Program-made: the position numbers and the translations under genes
Notes under the pieces: generated by a model
The model's input: the letters and a program-made list of their open reading frames with translations, nothing else
Database searches by the model: none
Told to the model about the DNA's origin: nothing
NCBI GenBank assembly: GCA_013265495.1
Contig: MU062839.1
Location: 2,238,820-2,302,819 of the forward strand
Direction of reading: 5' to 3'
DNA: 64,000 nt
From: Vicugna vicugna
Lineage: Eukaryota
Part shown: positions 1 through 14,400 of the stretch, one piece after another
How positions within the stretch are numbered: the stretch's first letter is position 1
Layout of the letters: each line of letters starts with the position of its first letter

Positions 1-262
1 CTTGCTGAATTCTTCGATTATTTCTAGTAGTTTTTGTGTGGACCTTTTAGGGTTTTCTATATATAGTATCATGTCATCTGCATATAGTGACACTTTTACC
101 TCTTCTTTTCCAATTTGGATCCTTTTTATTTCTCTCTCTTGCCTGATTGCTGTGGCTAGGACTTCCAAGACTATGTTGAATAAGAGTGGCAGCCTTGTTT
201 TGTCCCAAATTTTAGTGGGAAGCTTTTGAGTTTTTCACCGTTGAGTACTATGCTGTCTGTAG
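1..262 (-). mobile_element. LINE-1 ORF2 fragment, continuing off the window start
   Basis: Antisense L1 signature 'tatcatgtcatctgca...cttgcctgattgctgtggctaggacttccaagactatgttgaataagagtgg'. Confidence 0.85.
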
Positions 263-1022
263 GCACACACACTCTTTTATACATACCATACTTTCTTCAA
301 ACGATTTAGAGCAGCACAAACTCTGTGGTAGGGCATAAGAGCTATTAAAATATAAAATGAACTAGCACGCATTCCATATAATTTGGGTCTTTATGTGTTT
401 CTCTTACCTCAGGGTAATAATTAATCCCTTGTGTCAACTTTGTTGAAAGAATTATACTTTGTCAAATATTTAAAACCTCCTCAAAAAAGTAAATCAACAT
501 AAATAACCTAAATAAGACTTTGCTGCATGGTTGTGAAATTCACAGATATGTGCACTTTATATCTAGTTATGATTTAAGATGATTTAACCAAGAAATGTAA
601 TTTATTTTTGGGAAAAAGCATATATAAAAACCTCAAGAAGATGGAATAAAGAGGGGAAAACATAAGAATGAAAGCCTGTTTATACTGTATAACAAAGTTA
701 TTTCTGAATATTTTTAAAGTGTATATTTTATTTCCAAGTGTTGTACATATTTTAATCTAAGATACAAATGAATGCATTGTTTTCATTTATTGAACAGGAA
801 TACCATAAAAACGAACTTAGGAATCCTGGGAGTATATTGAAATTTTTCCTTCTTTTTTTCTCCTATATAATTCAGTATATATTATTAAAATTTTCCCCAA
901 CTAAGAGTTTTATGTAAATGTAGAGAATATTGTGATTTCAACATTCAAACATGAAATAATATGCTCTTTTAAATAACACATAATTATATAATTTTTCAGT
1001 ACTTCAAATGTCATTTAATTAC

Positions 1023-1264
1023 TAGGGTCTTTTCCCCCAGGTACTTGGTACTATTGACTTTTTGAACTAAGTAATTCTTGATTGTGGGGCTGTCCTGTGC
1101 ATTTCGGGATGTTTGGCAGCATCCATGGCCTTAACCCACTACATGCCAGGAGATTTCTCCCCAGAATTAACAATGAAAAATATTTCTAGACATTGTCAAA
1201 TGCCCCCAGGGGAACAACTCCACTTCCACTCCCTCACACACACATACACAACTGAGAATTACTC
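1023..1264 (-). mobile_element. MER20 (hAT-Charlie non-autonomous DNA transposon)
   Basis: 'actattgac...tgtggggctgtcctgtgca...atgtttggcagcatcc...agacattgtcaaatgcccc' is the reverse of the MER20 consensus. Confidence 0.8.
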
Positions 1265-1294
1265 AAGACAGTAAACAAAGTGATCTATGGAAAC

Positions 1295-1852
1295 CTCAGT
1301 CAAAACATATCACTCCTCTGAACAAAACTTCCAATGGCCCCCTGTTATTTTCAGCTGAGCTCTTAGAGTCACCTACAAGGCCCTGCACAAGTAGCCCTCC
1401 TGGTTACCTCTCTGGCATTATTACCCACCTTCTCTCCATAATTCACTCTGATCCAGCAGCAACAGGCACCACGTTGTCTCTGGACCTAAGCACTGTCCAT
1501 TCCCCAGTGCTCTTCCTATAGATACCCTAGTGGCCCACTCCCTTCCCTTCATCAAGAATTTGTTCAGATATTACCTCCTTTGGAAGCCTACCCTGACCAG
1601 CCCATTTAAAATACAACACATCTCCCTGCTGGCCACTTACAGTCTCCATGCTTTATTTTTTCCCGTAGCACTTGTCAACTGATACCATAATATATAACTT
1701 ACTTACTGTATGTATTGTTTGTTTTCTCTTTCCCCATTAGAATAAAAAAGGGATTTTTGTCTATTTCATTCACAGCTGTACCCCCTGAATTTAGCACAAT
1801 GCTGGCACATAGCAGCTGCTCAACAAGTATTTGTTGAATGCAAAAATGAGTA
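1295..1852 (+). mobile_element. L2 3' fragment
   Basis: Ends in the L2 terminus 'gcacaatgctggcacatagcagctgctcaacaagtatttgttgaatg'. Confidence 0.8.
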
Positions 1853-3523
1853 AATTTAAATCCTGATACTTTCTCACACATATAATGTTTCCATTTTGTC
1901 AGTGAATCACAAATGACATGTATGTCATGTAAGTGATTATAAATTATAAGTTTGAGGAGAGCACATTAATAATATTTTGCTTAGTTTGATACTTTTTTGT
2001 TCATTCAAAAATGTCACCTTCTGTTTATTTAACATCATAGCCAGGTCTGCCAAGTTGAACCTTTCTTTGCAGAGGTGCTAGTTAAGGCAATCAGAAGTTC
2101 ACTTAGCAGGAGCGTGCTTTGGCTGAGTTAAGCAGGAAAATAACATATTGAAATGATACTGTGTAAATATCAGGTAGCTTAAGAGTCAAGTCTGGAAAAT
2201 TCTCAGTATCAAAGAAGCCATGGTCAAAACCACATCACAGACTGGTTTCCACATACACTGTTGACTTGCCAATCAGCAGCAGAAGCCCAGCCTGTGCTGC
2301 TGCTTTCCTTGCCACCAGTACCAGCCCCTGAACACTTCCACCGTCACCACTGCCACCTCTGCCACTGCTGTGGAAAATGAATGTTGCTGTCTGCCCCTGT
2401 GCCACCACCAGAACTGACACTAAACTGTCTCCATTTCTTTGCAGTACTAGTTCTTGATTTGAAGTTAAGAGTGGATGCATCTGATAAGCTTAGCCTAGTC
2501 TTGTGTCCACACCCTACCTTCCAGAAAGTCTGAAAAAGCAAATATCTTGCCCAGTGGGGAGTAGGTTCTGTTTCCCACCCAGGATCATTTGATGAAGAAT
2601 TCCTTTAATTGTAGGAAAGAGGACTCAATGCTGGGTGGCTAAAAAGTAATGACTAGTGTGTCCTATATTTCATTAGATAATGTTTAGAAAGATGAAAGTC
2701 TAAAGAATAGCACCAATATCTTCATAAATAATTCCTGGCAGAGTCTGGAACAGAATAGCTGTTTTATAAGTGGATGTTGAACTGAGAGGTCAGGTATAGT
2801 TATAATCCTGTCACTAATCAGCTGATAATATTTAGCAAATCACATAATCTATCTAGAGCTCTGTTTCTTCTTATGTAATGTATGGGGTATTTATTCTTCA
2901 TAAGTACTTCAAAGGTTGTCATGATGAAGAAATGAGATGGCCTATGTGAAGTACTGATCAAAGAAACTCACCCACAGTAAGCACAGAATGAATATCAAGG
3001 GCCTACTCTTTTTCAAAAATAATTTTCAGCAGAGCTGTGTGTATGCCTGCTATAGTGGTTCAAAGAATTAGCTAATTCTGTAAGATAGCAGCACTTCCCC
3101 ACACTCTGCCCTCATTTGTCAGACCCCAGCTGCAACAACTTCCAGTTCTTTTAAATACTCTCTTGTTATTTATTAGCATATCTCTAAGTCACATGCTGGT
3201 ATTGCTGCTGCTTCTTGACTTTTCTCTGTTAGACAATTGCTGTCGAGTTTCCACTAGGATGAGGACTTAATTCTCTGTCTTTCCCGCCCCTATTTCCGAG
3301 CTTCCCATACACATGCATACTTTCCATTTCCCGTTCCCCTGATACGGCTCTATCGTAATTTTTGTTAAACCAGCATTCACTGGTTCTGTTATTACGACAG
3401 TTCATGCTCTTCAGAACTAAACCATTTATTAAACTCTACTTGTTTTCCCTTTGTTGTATTTCCTCTACTTCCCTGGATTTTATACTTGTTTGATTTTTTT
3501 AAGTAACTTTTTGTTAATGGGCT

Positions 3524-3699
3524 NNNNNNNNNNNNNNNNNNNNNNNNNNNNNNNNNNNNNNNNNNNNNNNNNNNNNNNNNNNNNNNNNNNNNNNNNNNNN
3601 NNNNNNNNNNNNNNNNNNNNNNNNNNNNNNNNNNNNNNNNNNNNNNNNNNNNNNNNNNNNNNNNNNNNNNNNNNNNNNNNNNNNNNNNNNNNNNNNNNN
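3524..3699. other. Assembly gap (176 N)
   Basis: Run of n, adjacent to a MaLR LTR. Confidence 1.
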
Positions 3700-3895
3700 A
3701 GAGACCACAGAAAGAAAATCAAGTTAAGACACCAGAAGACAGTTATATGCTCGCCAGGGAGAGAGGCCTCAAAATGGAACCAGTCTTGCCAACACCTTGG
3801 TCTTGGACTTCTAGCCTCCAGAGACGTGAGGAAATAAGTTTCTATTGTTTAAGCCACCCAGTCTGTGGTATTTGTTACGCAGCCCTAGCAAACTG
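3700..3895 (+). mobile_element. MaLR LTR (MLT1A-D type) 3' half
   Basis: 'ccaacaccttggtcttggacttctagcctccagag...ttgtttaagccacccagtctgtggtatttgtta..gcagccctagcaaact'. Confidence 0.8.
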
Positions 3896-3949
3896 TCATT
3901 TATTCAACCCAAACTCTCTTGTCAGTTGACCAAATCTGTTCAATGTATT

Positions 3950-4720
3950 CATTCAGTTACCTTCATTTTCTTGCAAAAGTCTGCCCAGAACCTTCTGACT
4001 TGTGCCACTCTTCCTGTGTGCCAGCATGCACAACTGTAACCACCCTTCATCACCATCCTGGGGATTGCCTTGGCCTCTCTCTTGTTTCTTGTATTGTGTG
4101 TCTTTCATTTTTCTCAGGTACGTTCCCCAGTGGCTTCCTGAGAAGGGATTCCATGTGGTCATATTCTTTTTTAAGACTGCATACCTGCAGTTGTGTTTAT
4201 TCAATGCTCATATTTGTACCAGTGCGTTGGCTCGTTTGGCTGATAGAATTCTAGGTTAGACATAAGGCGTCACTCCACTGTCCTCCAGTTTTCAGTGCAG
4301 CTACTGAGGAGTGTGGAGGCATTCTCAGTACTGGCTCCTGATTCTTGAGTGTGGCTTGTGTGTGTGTGCATGCACATGTTTTCTGTCTGGAGGACAGTGT
4401 TCTGACATTTCACAGTGATATGCCTTGGTGTGGGTCTGTTTTCCTTTGGGCCGAGCTTGGGGAATTTTCAATCTAGAAACTCATATCCTGCAGTTTGGGG
4501 AATTTTTCTTGAAGTATGTTGCTGATTTCTTTTTCTTCCGTATTCATTATTCTCTCTTTCTGGAACCCCTATGCAAATGTTGAACTACTGAACTGCTCCT
4601 CTAATTTTCTCTTATTTTCTCTTATTTCCTGTTCTTTTGTCATTTTGTTCTACTTTCTGGAAGATTTCTTCAACATTCTCTTCCAAATCTCCTATTATAT
4701 TTGAAATTCTACTTTTATGG
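3950..4720 (-). mobile_element. Old L1M fragment
   Basis: T-rich antisense with 'ttggctgatagaattctaggtt' and 'tttcaatctagaaactcatatcctgcagtttggggaatttttctt', typical of ancient L1. Confidence 0.55.
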
Positions 4721-6295
4721 TTTAATTAACAAGGGCTTTGTTTTCCCCCTTTAAATGTTATTATTACATGACCTTTATGTATAATAAGATTATACTATAA
4801 AGACCTGGCTACCAGCTTTCTGAGAGCCAAGCTAGGGAAAGGGGGCTGGGAACTCTCAGCATACCATGTATATACATTCCCTTAATTTTCCAGTTTTCAG
4901 TGAGAACCTCTGTCTTTACCTCTGTCTAGTGTCTGCTTGTCCAGGAACTCTGTCCTTTATCCCATCCAGGTGGTAGGAGAGGTCCGGTTGCCACGTGGTT
5001 TTACTGGGAACATTCCTGAGAAGTAGAATTGCGTCTTAGAAAGCTTTCAATAGTGCTCATTTAATCCCTTCCTCCTTACCCTCACTTCGAGTCGTTGAGC
5101 CTTTTTAGAATGTTGTGGTATAAATACAAGATTGTTTTCTGGCTTAGAATTTGGCTTTCTTGTTTCTGTTAATTCTATTACCACTTAGACCATATGCTTT
5201 CCAGCTTTCAAAACTATTTTGCTATTGTCTAATTTTCTGTTCTTCCTGTCATAAATACATGTCTTTTTAAATAATTCTTTTATTGTCATTTTAGTTAAAT
5301 TTTTGAATGGGAAAAGTTAGATAGGTGTATACAATCTAAACCTTTAACCAGAAGTCATTTTCCTTACCTGCACCATCTCATGTATATAATTCTGAAATTC
5401 TCTTCTAAGTCTAGAGTTCTGTGGTCTTGTTTCACAATAATAGAAATGTTTTGAAGTCATTCTTTACATTGTTGGCATTATTTGGGTTTAGTGAGCATAA
5501 TTCCTAAAACTGATTTTGCAAACTGGTATCTTAGGAAGTTATTATGCAACATAATTTGAGGGACACTGAGAAGTCTTCTCAGACCACAATATGTATTCAA
5601 ACTGACCTGAAAGTCAACAGTTAAGAGAATCATTGATCACAATCCTCTAATGTAAAAGAAATACTCTTGGAATGACTATCATAAGCCTTATCAACAATAT
5701 AACAGTTCACCTTTATGAACCTGTAGAAATGGGACTCTAGAGCATGTTGAAAGGGCATGAAGTGGCATGTTCAGGGTTAAAACGACTCAGGCTGTTTGGG
5801 AATGAGCCTGACTGACAGCTCAGCTTCCTACCCTGAATGGAGATAAAGTGCAGTGGTTCCCAGCAAGGACTACTGGAGCTGGACCAAACCTCAATTCCAC
5901 TATATACTAGCTGTGTAACCTTGAACAAGTTACTCAGCCTCTCTGTGTCTGTTTCATTGCTTAGAATAAGGTAATTATACATATCTGTATGTATATACAT
6001 TCCAGAAGATGTTAGTACTTTGCCATATATGTATATATTTGGAGATTGTTATAGTTCTATTTTTTTCATTTCATGCCAAATATTTTTGGGTGCATTTTAA
6101 ACATGCTTTTTAGTTATTGCTGGAATACTAGAAAAAATTAATTTATGGAATATTTTCCATTACTCAGTATTTTCTCAAACTACCAATATTTTCCATTACT
6201 TGAAAATACATTCAAGTTAATGTTTTCTGGATTGTTTTTATAGAAGTTCCTCCAAGTTAATGAATCACATTATGATGAACTATATGCCAACTTTT

Positions 6296-6500
6296 GATCT
6301 GAGAGTCAGGCAGACTTGGGTTTGAATCTTTGCTCCGTTACCTTGAGAAAGTTGTTTAACTTCTCTGAGCCTCAGTTTCCTCTGAGGTATATAAGAGATA
6401 AAAGAAATAACATGGGCTATTGTAAGGATCATGTTAGATAATGTTGCTGAAAACATCTAGTTTAGCGCCTGGCTCATAAATAAGCACTTGATAAATATGA
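6296..6500 (+). mobile_element. MIR
   Basis: 'cagacttgggtttgaatc...ccttgagaaagttgtttaacttctctgagcctcagtttcc' core. Confidence 0.75.
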
Positions 6501-6520
6501 CTCTCTCCTTGACTCTGAAT

Positions 6521-6759
6521 CAGCAGTTCTCAACTAGGAGTGACTTTGCACCCCTTCCTCACACACACAAGGGGACTATTTGGCACTGTCTGGAGACATT
6601 TTTTATTTTCACAACCAGGGTATATGTGCCACTGGCATCTAATGGATAGGGACTAGGGATGCTGCCAAACATACTACAATCCATAGGGAAGCTCCCCCAA
6701 CCCCAACAAAGAATTATCTGGTCTAAAATGTCAATAGTGGTAGAGGTTAAGAAATCCTG
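6521..6759 (+). mobile_element. MER20, near full length
   Basis: Starts cagcagttctcaact, ends ggttaagaaatcctg; internal 'atttggcactgtctggagacatt...actggcatcta...aaaatgtcaatagtg'. Confidence 0.85.
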
Positions 6760-9595
6760 CTCCAAAAGAATGCCTCCATAAATTTTTCCCCACTTGTACC
6801 TCAGTGGTTACCTGTAAGAGCTTTACCTTAAATGTAAGTGTTCTCAGCTCTATAAGAAATAGTAATGGTTAAATAGTAAATAATAATAGCTATCATTTAT
6901 GGAGCACTTGCTACGTGCCAAGCATGAGCTAAGATACACGATTTGTGACATGTCACATTCAATATAAATCCTATGGCAGTTCTTAGACTCAATAGCGCAA
7001 ATTTTCTAAATGAATAATTATAATAACATTTTACTTTAACAATGACTTGAGTGTCAGAACAATCAGCACATCTTCCAATTCCCATTCCTAGATCTTGACT
7101 TTATCAACTTGCTCCATTGCAGCATTAAGTCCTGTGAATTCTACCTTGGAACCCTCTCTCAGTTTCTTCTACTTCTCTCTTGTCCAACTGGTATTCTACT
7201 CTGGGACCCGTATATTCTTCTGAATTAGCCTAACACCCTTTTTGTTCATCTCCTCCCATTATACTTACCATGTCTTCTAAACCATGCTCTCCCCTGCCGG
7301 TTTCTTTCTAAAATAAAACTGGGCAATAGCATTCCTCTGCACAAAATCCCTAAGGTCTTCATTATCTGGCTTTATCTCTTTCCACTCCATTCCCCCCATT
7401 CATTTCATCCCAATAAACAGTGCAGTCTTAAAAATTCCAATAATAATGGTCCAAAGATCTTAATGCTCTTGGAAAAATTGAATTTGTTAATGCATAATGT
7501 AAGAGAAATTAAAATCTCAACTAATTAGTAATATTCTGTTAATGTGTGGTCAGGCAGGCAACTGGATAAAAAAAGAGAGAAGAAAAAGTGCTGGTTTGCA
7601 CTGGTGTTCTCTTTCTATGCTGATGTTAGCTGTGGCTATCATTAGATCAGGGAGTGGTGAGAGGAAGGACAGAAGGCCATGAGTTGCTGTCAGGAAGCCA
7701 GTGGGAAGAGTAGAAAGGGATAGTAAGCCAACTGGGACCCAATCCTCACTGCGTTGAATGGCCTCTTCTACCTGGGGATACACGGCTCTTCTCGTGACTT
7801 AACAAAAGCTGGGGTGAATTACTGTTGGTTCTCCTGCACAAGTGCCGAATAAGTTGGTACAGATGAGTTTGTGAGACAATGAGACGAGTGGCACATGTGC
7901 CTTTTATAGCTTCATAATTTGTGACTGTTTCACAAGAAAAAAAATTAAAGAAATTTATTAAAGAAACCTATTTTCAAACTTTGGATACATATCTAACATA
8001 ACTTTTCTGAGATATGAGATGGCATGATTAAAGTTTCCAATAAATCCTCACTAAATCAGATGGGTTGGCATCTGTCTACCTTAATCAATCCATCAAAGGT
8101 CAGAACAGTTCTGTTTAACTGATGACAATAGTTCCTGTGATGAGCTTTAATAAACACGTAAAATTAATTTACAATCATGAGTATATATTTCTGTATATAT
8201 AAACTAGTAAGCACTTGATCAGTAACTATTTCTTGAGATTCTTCTCCCTGCTAGATCCTGTATTAAACAGTAAAGTTAGCATTGTTGCATTTAACTTAAG
8301 TGCTGCTTTTAAAATGTACTTGCCCCACCCTATGACTCTACCATGTCTCAGCCTCATAACTCAAACAAATCTGTCAAATTTTATCGAGGCTATTAAGTCA
8401 ATATCTTTAAAAAAAATGGGATTCTCCTTGCAGGGTAACAGAAACATTTCTGAATTTAGTTTAGAGTTAAATGCTCCTATCATGTACATTTGAGGAATTT
8501 TCAAGAGTGCTTTTGACTATTTCCAATTCATATACACTGAATTTCTAATCTAATCTTAAAATGAGATGCAACACCAGCATATTGTTAGGGAAAAGGAGAG
8601 GTGGGAAGGAAAAGGTACTGAAGAAATATGGTTTCTTCCCTTAAGGAAGACACAAAACTAGTGATCAAGTGATTAACAGCACAAGTCAAAGGATGTGCTG
8701 GGGTGAGGTCAAGAAGATGAAGGTTCATGGGGATGGGGGCTGTCAGATAAGACCTTACTTAAAAGTGACGAGCTGTAACGTGACAGGGTTGTGCTGTGCC
8801 TTGTCCTCTACTTGGGGATGGTGGCTGGTTGAGCTGGGTCTGACCTCCTGTGTGTGTGCATAGTACAGAATCCTCAGCTAAACTGAGATCTGTTGACCTG
8901 AAGGACAGTGAGCCTGGGAAGAGGAGGTAGTTCACAGAATGGGGCATAAAGAAAGAGAATTCAGAATCAGACCATCTTTCAGGAGATCTGACTCAAACTG
9001 CTGGAGCAGTTAGAGAAACAAAGTGTGGGTGGTAACTGAGCAAGAGGACAGCAGTGAGATGCAAAGAGATCAAAGAATAGTCTCAACAAATCTCTGGAGC
9101 AGTGGAAACTTCCTGTGACAGCCTGCCTGCTCGGGCATGGTCTGATAGGTCTTGTTGGCCTAGGGCAGATCCTTAAGAATAATCAGAAATGTACCAGGAG
9201 GAAAAGTCATGCAGGCAAAGAGAAATCATGACTCATACACAGATGCAGAAATGGCTCAGCATTTTCTGAGGAGAGAGCCCTTGGCACATACTAGCCACTT
9301 ATTAATGTGTGATGGTGAATTAGTGGCTATCTGGAGCCAGATCCAATGAGGCTACACGGAGTGGAACTGTGAGAAACACTGTTAAAGCAAAAGAGCTAGG
9401 CCAGATCACAGAGGCTTTGCAAGCCACACAGGAGAGTTTGGTGGGGATGTGGTAAGAGAGGTTCATGTTAAGTTGGCTAAAAACACTCTTTTTTATCAGA
9501 CGTGACCTCAAAGACAACCCAAATGTAAACTCACAAATAACAACAGCAAATGTTGAATTTCTATGATTCTTATTTAATTATTTATGTATATGTAA

Positions 9596-9736
<141 letters not shown>

Positions 9737-10791
9737 TAAATTTTCTCTTTTGATTTAATTGATTTTTAATTAAATAATAACTTTCAACTATGGCATTGCT
9801 AATCACATGCAAAAATCTGTTTTAACATTTTTGTTGAAAATATATGATGCAATCTGTTACTTTTAGTGTTCTTATGTACATTTCATTTAAGATATGCTGC
9901 TTGATTATGGTTTTAATTCAGTGTTGTTATGTGTCTTATTAAAGATGTGAAAGAATCTTTTTCTTAACACAGAAGTTTTGCCATTCTATTGCACAGTTGG
10001 ACTCAAACTAGATATTGTGGAAGCAAATTATAACAATATTTGGGAGTGTTAATAAAAATAACAACTTTATAAATAGTCTAATATGTTTTTGCTGGCTATA
10101 ATTTTTCCCAGACAAATTTCTGTTTCACTCTGCATCACTAAACTGACAATTTTAAGCCAGGTATAAAAGTACATGCATGATATACCATGATCATGAAATA
10201 AAAGGGGAATAGTACAAAACATTTTCCTGTAATATCACACAATGTAGGATTGAAATGTCACAAATCTTGAGGTGCACTATGATTTCTTGTACCAGGAAGA
10301 AAGAAAAACCTTTCCAATTAAACCATGACATTGCTATTGCAAACACATAACCTACTTTCACTTATGTTAAAAATGTGGGAAATATGCAATTTAGAATCAA
10401 TAAAATAATATGAATATTTGGCTTCCTACTGTGTAAAGAAAATATTTCATTGAGCAATTTGGGGAGGGATATTGTCTTGAATAATTATTTCCTTGATTGG
10501 CATTATAAGCTAAGCAACATTGGCAAAACAAAACAAAGAAGGATAAGGAAAATGTCCCCTTCAAAATCAAACACACAAAATCATTGCTACAGGGAAAAAT
10601 AACAGTGGAAAGAAATTGACTCTATTCCCAAATCACAATAGATAATTTCAATTCTTATGCTTTGTTGTATCCTTAATGATAATTCATCAAATTATTAATA
10701 ACAACTCCTTCTTTCACAAGAAGTAATGCGTTCTTTGTTTTTGTTTAGTTAGCATGTTTAATTAGCATTACAAATGTTTAAAATCTTATAA

Positions 10792-10947
<156 letters not shown>

Positions 10948-11199
10948 TAAAGCAGTGATAACACAGTTATCACAATTCTTTTTATTTTCTGAATTTAAGT
11001 TAGATCAATGTTTACAGCTAAACTACTTAGATATTTCTGAAAACAAGACTAGACCTTATTCTTTTTAAAGATACATTTTGAAAGAACAACAGGTAGAAAA
11101 GCATTTTTGTGAAATGATGTGGCATGCCAAATGAAAATGATGTAAGGGGCAAAAGAGTCGTTACATGTTTAAATCTGTGTTTTTGGTTTTATCTCAAAA

Positions 11200-11498
11200 G
11201 GAAGTTTTAGCACATGCTGTATGATTCCATTTATGTGAAATGTCCGGAATAGGTACCTCTATCAAGATAGCAAAATTGAGAGGTAACAGTTTTTAAATAG
11301 ATTAATGTTTGCCCAGGGCTGAGGAGATGAGGGGCTGGGGAGTGACAGCTAAAGAATAAGGGGTGTGGAGCTTCTTTTCGAGGTGATGAAAATATTCTAA
11401 AATTGACAGTGGTGATGTTTGCACAATTCTATGAATATACTAAAAACCAGGGATTATATACTTAAAATTGGTGAATCATGTGAATTATATTATTAAAG
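11200..11498 (+). mobile_element. L1MB-type 3' end
   Basis: 'gtatgattccatttatgtgaaatgtccggaatagg...gaggtgatgaaaatattctaaaattgacagtggtgatg'. Confidence 0.8.
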
Positions 11499-14400
11499 CT
11501 GACACCCACCCCCTGCCCACAAAAGAGCAAGTTCTAATGCAAGCTTTTCATTGGGTGAACAGCAAACTTCATTCATATATGTACTGGATTACACCCAGCA
11601 GGGAGCTGGCCTTAGTATTGGAAGAAAGTGTGAAACGGGTTGGAAAAAATAAATAATACACAGCTTCTACTCTCAATTAGCTTATAGTGTTGAAGGGTAA
11701 ATAAACCCATACACAATTGCAATTCAGGACAAATGGTTCTAGGTGAACCAACGGAAAAGACACTCAGATCAGTGAGTGAATTTTCAAAGTTGAGTCTGGA
11801 GACTTCTTTATACGATGTCATAAAATAGATTTTTTTTTTCCTATTCATCTTCTATTCATTTCTCAGGATTGCCTGAGACAGTGATTTGAATATGTGTAAA
11901 CTGGTGTTGATGGTGGAGGTTCTGATCAGATAAATACACAGTTACTGAAGTTTTTATACATTTTCAGTGTTATTGAGTTAGATATACTGTATGCATAATT
12001 CATATGCTTATAGGTAGGTTCTTTAAATCCAACTATTAAAATTACTCCAAGTTCATGGGAATTCAGTGCTCATTTTTGAGATTGATAAGGTTTGTGAAGA
12101 ACTCAGGATTGGCCAGAATATTTGAATTATCTGGCACTTCTGTGCTAAACAAATGCTTCTATGATGAAAAGTCTGGTTATGCTAGATGCTGAACTCTCCC
12201 TTACCTCCATTTTTTTGCAAAATGAACTAATAGTTACCTTTCAGAATTGCTTGAAATAGTAAGCTAACTTTATAAAACATGTTTTTGAAAAGCATTTCTT
12301 CACATTACTGTAACTTTGAAGCAGCAACAACAGCAAAAAAGCTTTATTATAGATTGTGTAAATTAGGTAATAAATTGGAATGCACGTAGTCCAGAAATTC
12401 TGCTGCGTGGTAAATAGATTTTTTAAAAACCTAACATTCTAAATAATAATCATTATAATAACAGTGTGTTTGAATGTCTTTTCTATAGAGAAAATGCTTA
12501 CTTATATTCTCATTTAAATCTTCCTAGTAATCCAATGATGTGATTAGAATTACTGTTTCTTTAATTGTAGAAATGCAAGGTTCAGGGCTTTAGCCAGACT
12601 GACTACTAAGGAATGTTGAAACAAACTCATGCCTTGTTTCTTTTATTTATCATTTATTGGTTCATTCATTCAATAAATATTTATCATTTATTTATTAATT
12701 CAATAATATAATAGTGGAATCATTATTTAATGGAGAAAATACTGTGTCCATCTCCCCCCAAAAATCATTTTATGAAAAATATGCATGTTTTGAAACTTCC
12801 CCCCACTTTAGTTTAAAGATACTATTTTTAAAAGTTTGCATTTACTAGCTACTAATTATATTTGTGCAGTAATGTCCTCGGATTAAGTTTCTGTGAGCCT
12901 CATTTGCAATCACAGATTAGACTCAGCTCATTAACTAAAATAAGAAATTCATGTTTTTCCAAGTGTTAAACATTTTGTCTTTTCAAGTCGTTAAACTGTA
13001 AGTGCTAAAATATTATTATTATTATTCCACTTCGATTGCAAGTTCTTCAGAGGGTGAGAAAATAGCCTGGGTGCAGGATAAACCCCTAATCCGTTTCAGC
13101 ATTGCACCCTCCACTGGCATTTATGAGAACTGCCAAGAGATTGCCCAGGAGACACAAGGCTGGGAGCTTCAGGGAGGCCTAAAACCAGCTACAGAGTGTG
13201 AGGTCCTAGAAACTGGAATTCCTGACTTCCAGGCTGAGTCAGGAGGGCCACACCTTTTCCCTCCAGGCAGTCTACCTTTCCACACCCTCTCTTTCCAGCT
13301 CCATTTGTCTCTTTCCTTCCCTCCTCCTAACTCTTTCTAAATCGGGATCTGCTTGTGTCAAAGACCCACTTCGTGGCTGATGATTTTCACTAACCTTCAG
13401 TCTTCCTGTCTCCTTCCCAGCAGAGGGAAAAAATACCACCGCTACCAACAAGAAAATATTTAACCCATTCTCTTGTTCCTAAATCTTTAGTCTCCTCATT
13501 TCTCTCAGATTTTCTCTATGTTTCAGTAAGCTCCACTGCTGGGAAGAATAGTTGGACTCCTACATTCCATAATTGTTAAGACTTCTTTCTTAGCAGAGCT
13601 TTAAGGGTTCACAGGAAGGGCCCCTTGGGCCCCTTTCAAGAGAGGATCCCCATTTTTTTTTACAGATTCTTCTCTTAAATACCTTCTGCCCTTCCTCATT
13701 TGGCCACAGTCCACTGCTGACGGCAAATAGCCAGGGAGTGAAGCGGGATGCTGGGAGGTCTCAGTGGTGTCTTTGAGCCTCTTGACCTGAATTACCCTTC
13801 AAGGTGGGACCTTCCAAACAACACAATAGAACAGGCCGCTCAATAAAAAAAGCCCACTGGGTCTTTCATTGCTGTTTGTCCTGAAATAGCATCCCTCACT
13901 CTCTTAACTCCTACTTTAGTGTAAGTTTGCCTTTTAAAAATCAGGGATGATTTACATATTCAGTACAAACTAAGATGATGATTACAATGGAGATTGGCCT
14001 TACCAAGTAACCTTGAGCCAGAACTTCTGGTTGTTGACAGTTGAACTTTCTTCCAAGGCTGTTCTGCATGGGCACAGGTGGGACTGCTTTTAGCTTCTTT
14101 TTGAACATTTATCTTATCCATTAAAATGGATATGTTGGTACATTATTAATCACATCAACTTTATTCAAAGGTGGCCTTAAAAATATCCAGGTTTATTTAA
14201 ATGGTGATTTTTAATTTTGCTTTGAACGTTAAAGAACATTAACTGGAGCCAATTATTTAGATGACTGTATTTTTTTTTTCTCTTCTGTTTCAACAATAAG
14301 TAGCTTCACACACAGGACTTGTGTAACTGAAGATTATGCAGTAAGGTAGTGGAGACATTTTGATATATTATTGAGTACATATAAATTGCTTAGATGCAGA

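Noticed and set aside
2-229. 75-aa ORF at the window start
   Set aside because: Antisense reading of an L1 ORF2 fragment.
3451-3837. ORFs spanning N runs (also 51716-52407)
   Set aside because: Artefacts of assembly gaps.
6943-6958. 14-nt palindrome tgtgacatgtcaca (and an imperfect hairpin near 1905-1938)
   Set aside because: Short, the first lies within a MIR, and such hits are expected by chance in 64 kb.
12160-12200. ATGATGA...CTGA resembling C/D snoRNA boxes
   Set aside because: Only about 30 nt apart with no terminal stem; expected by chance.
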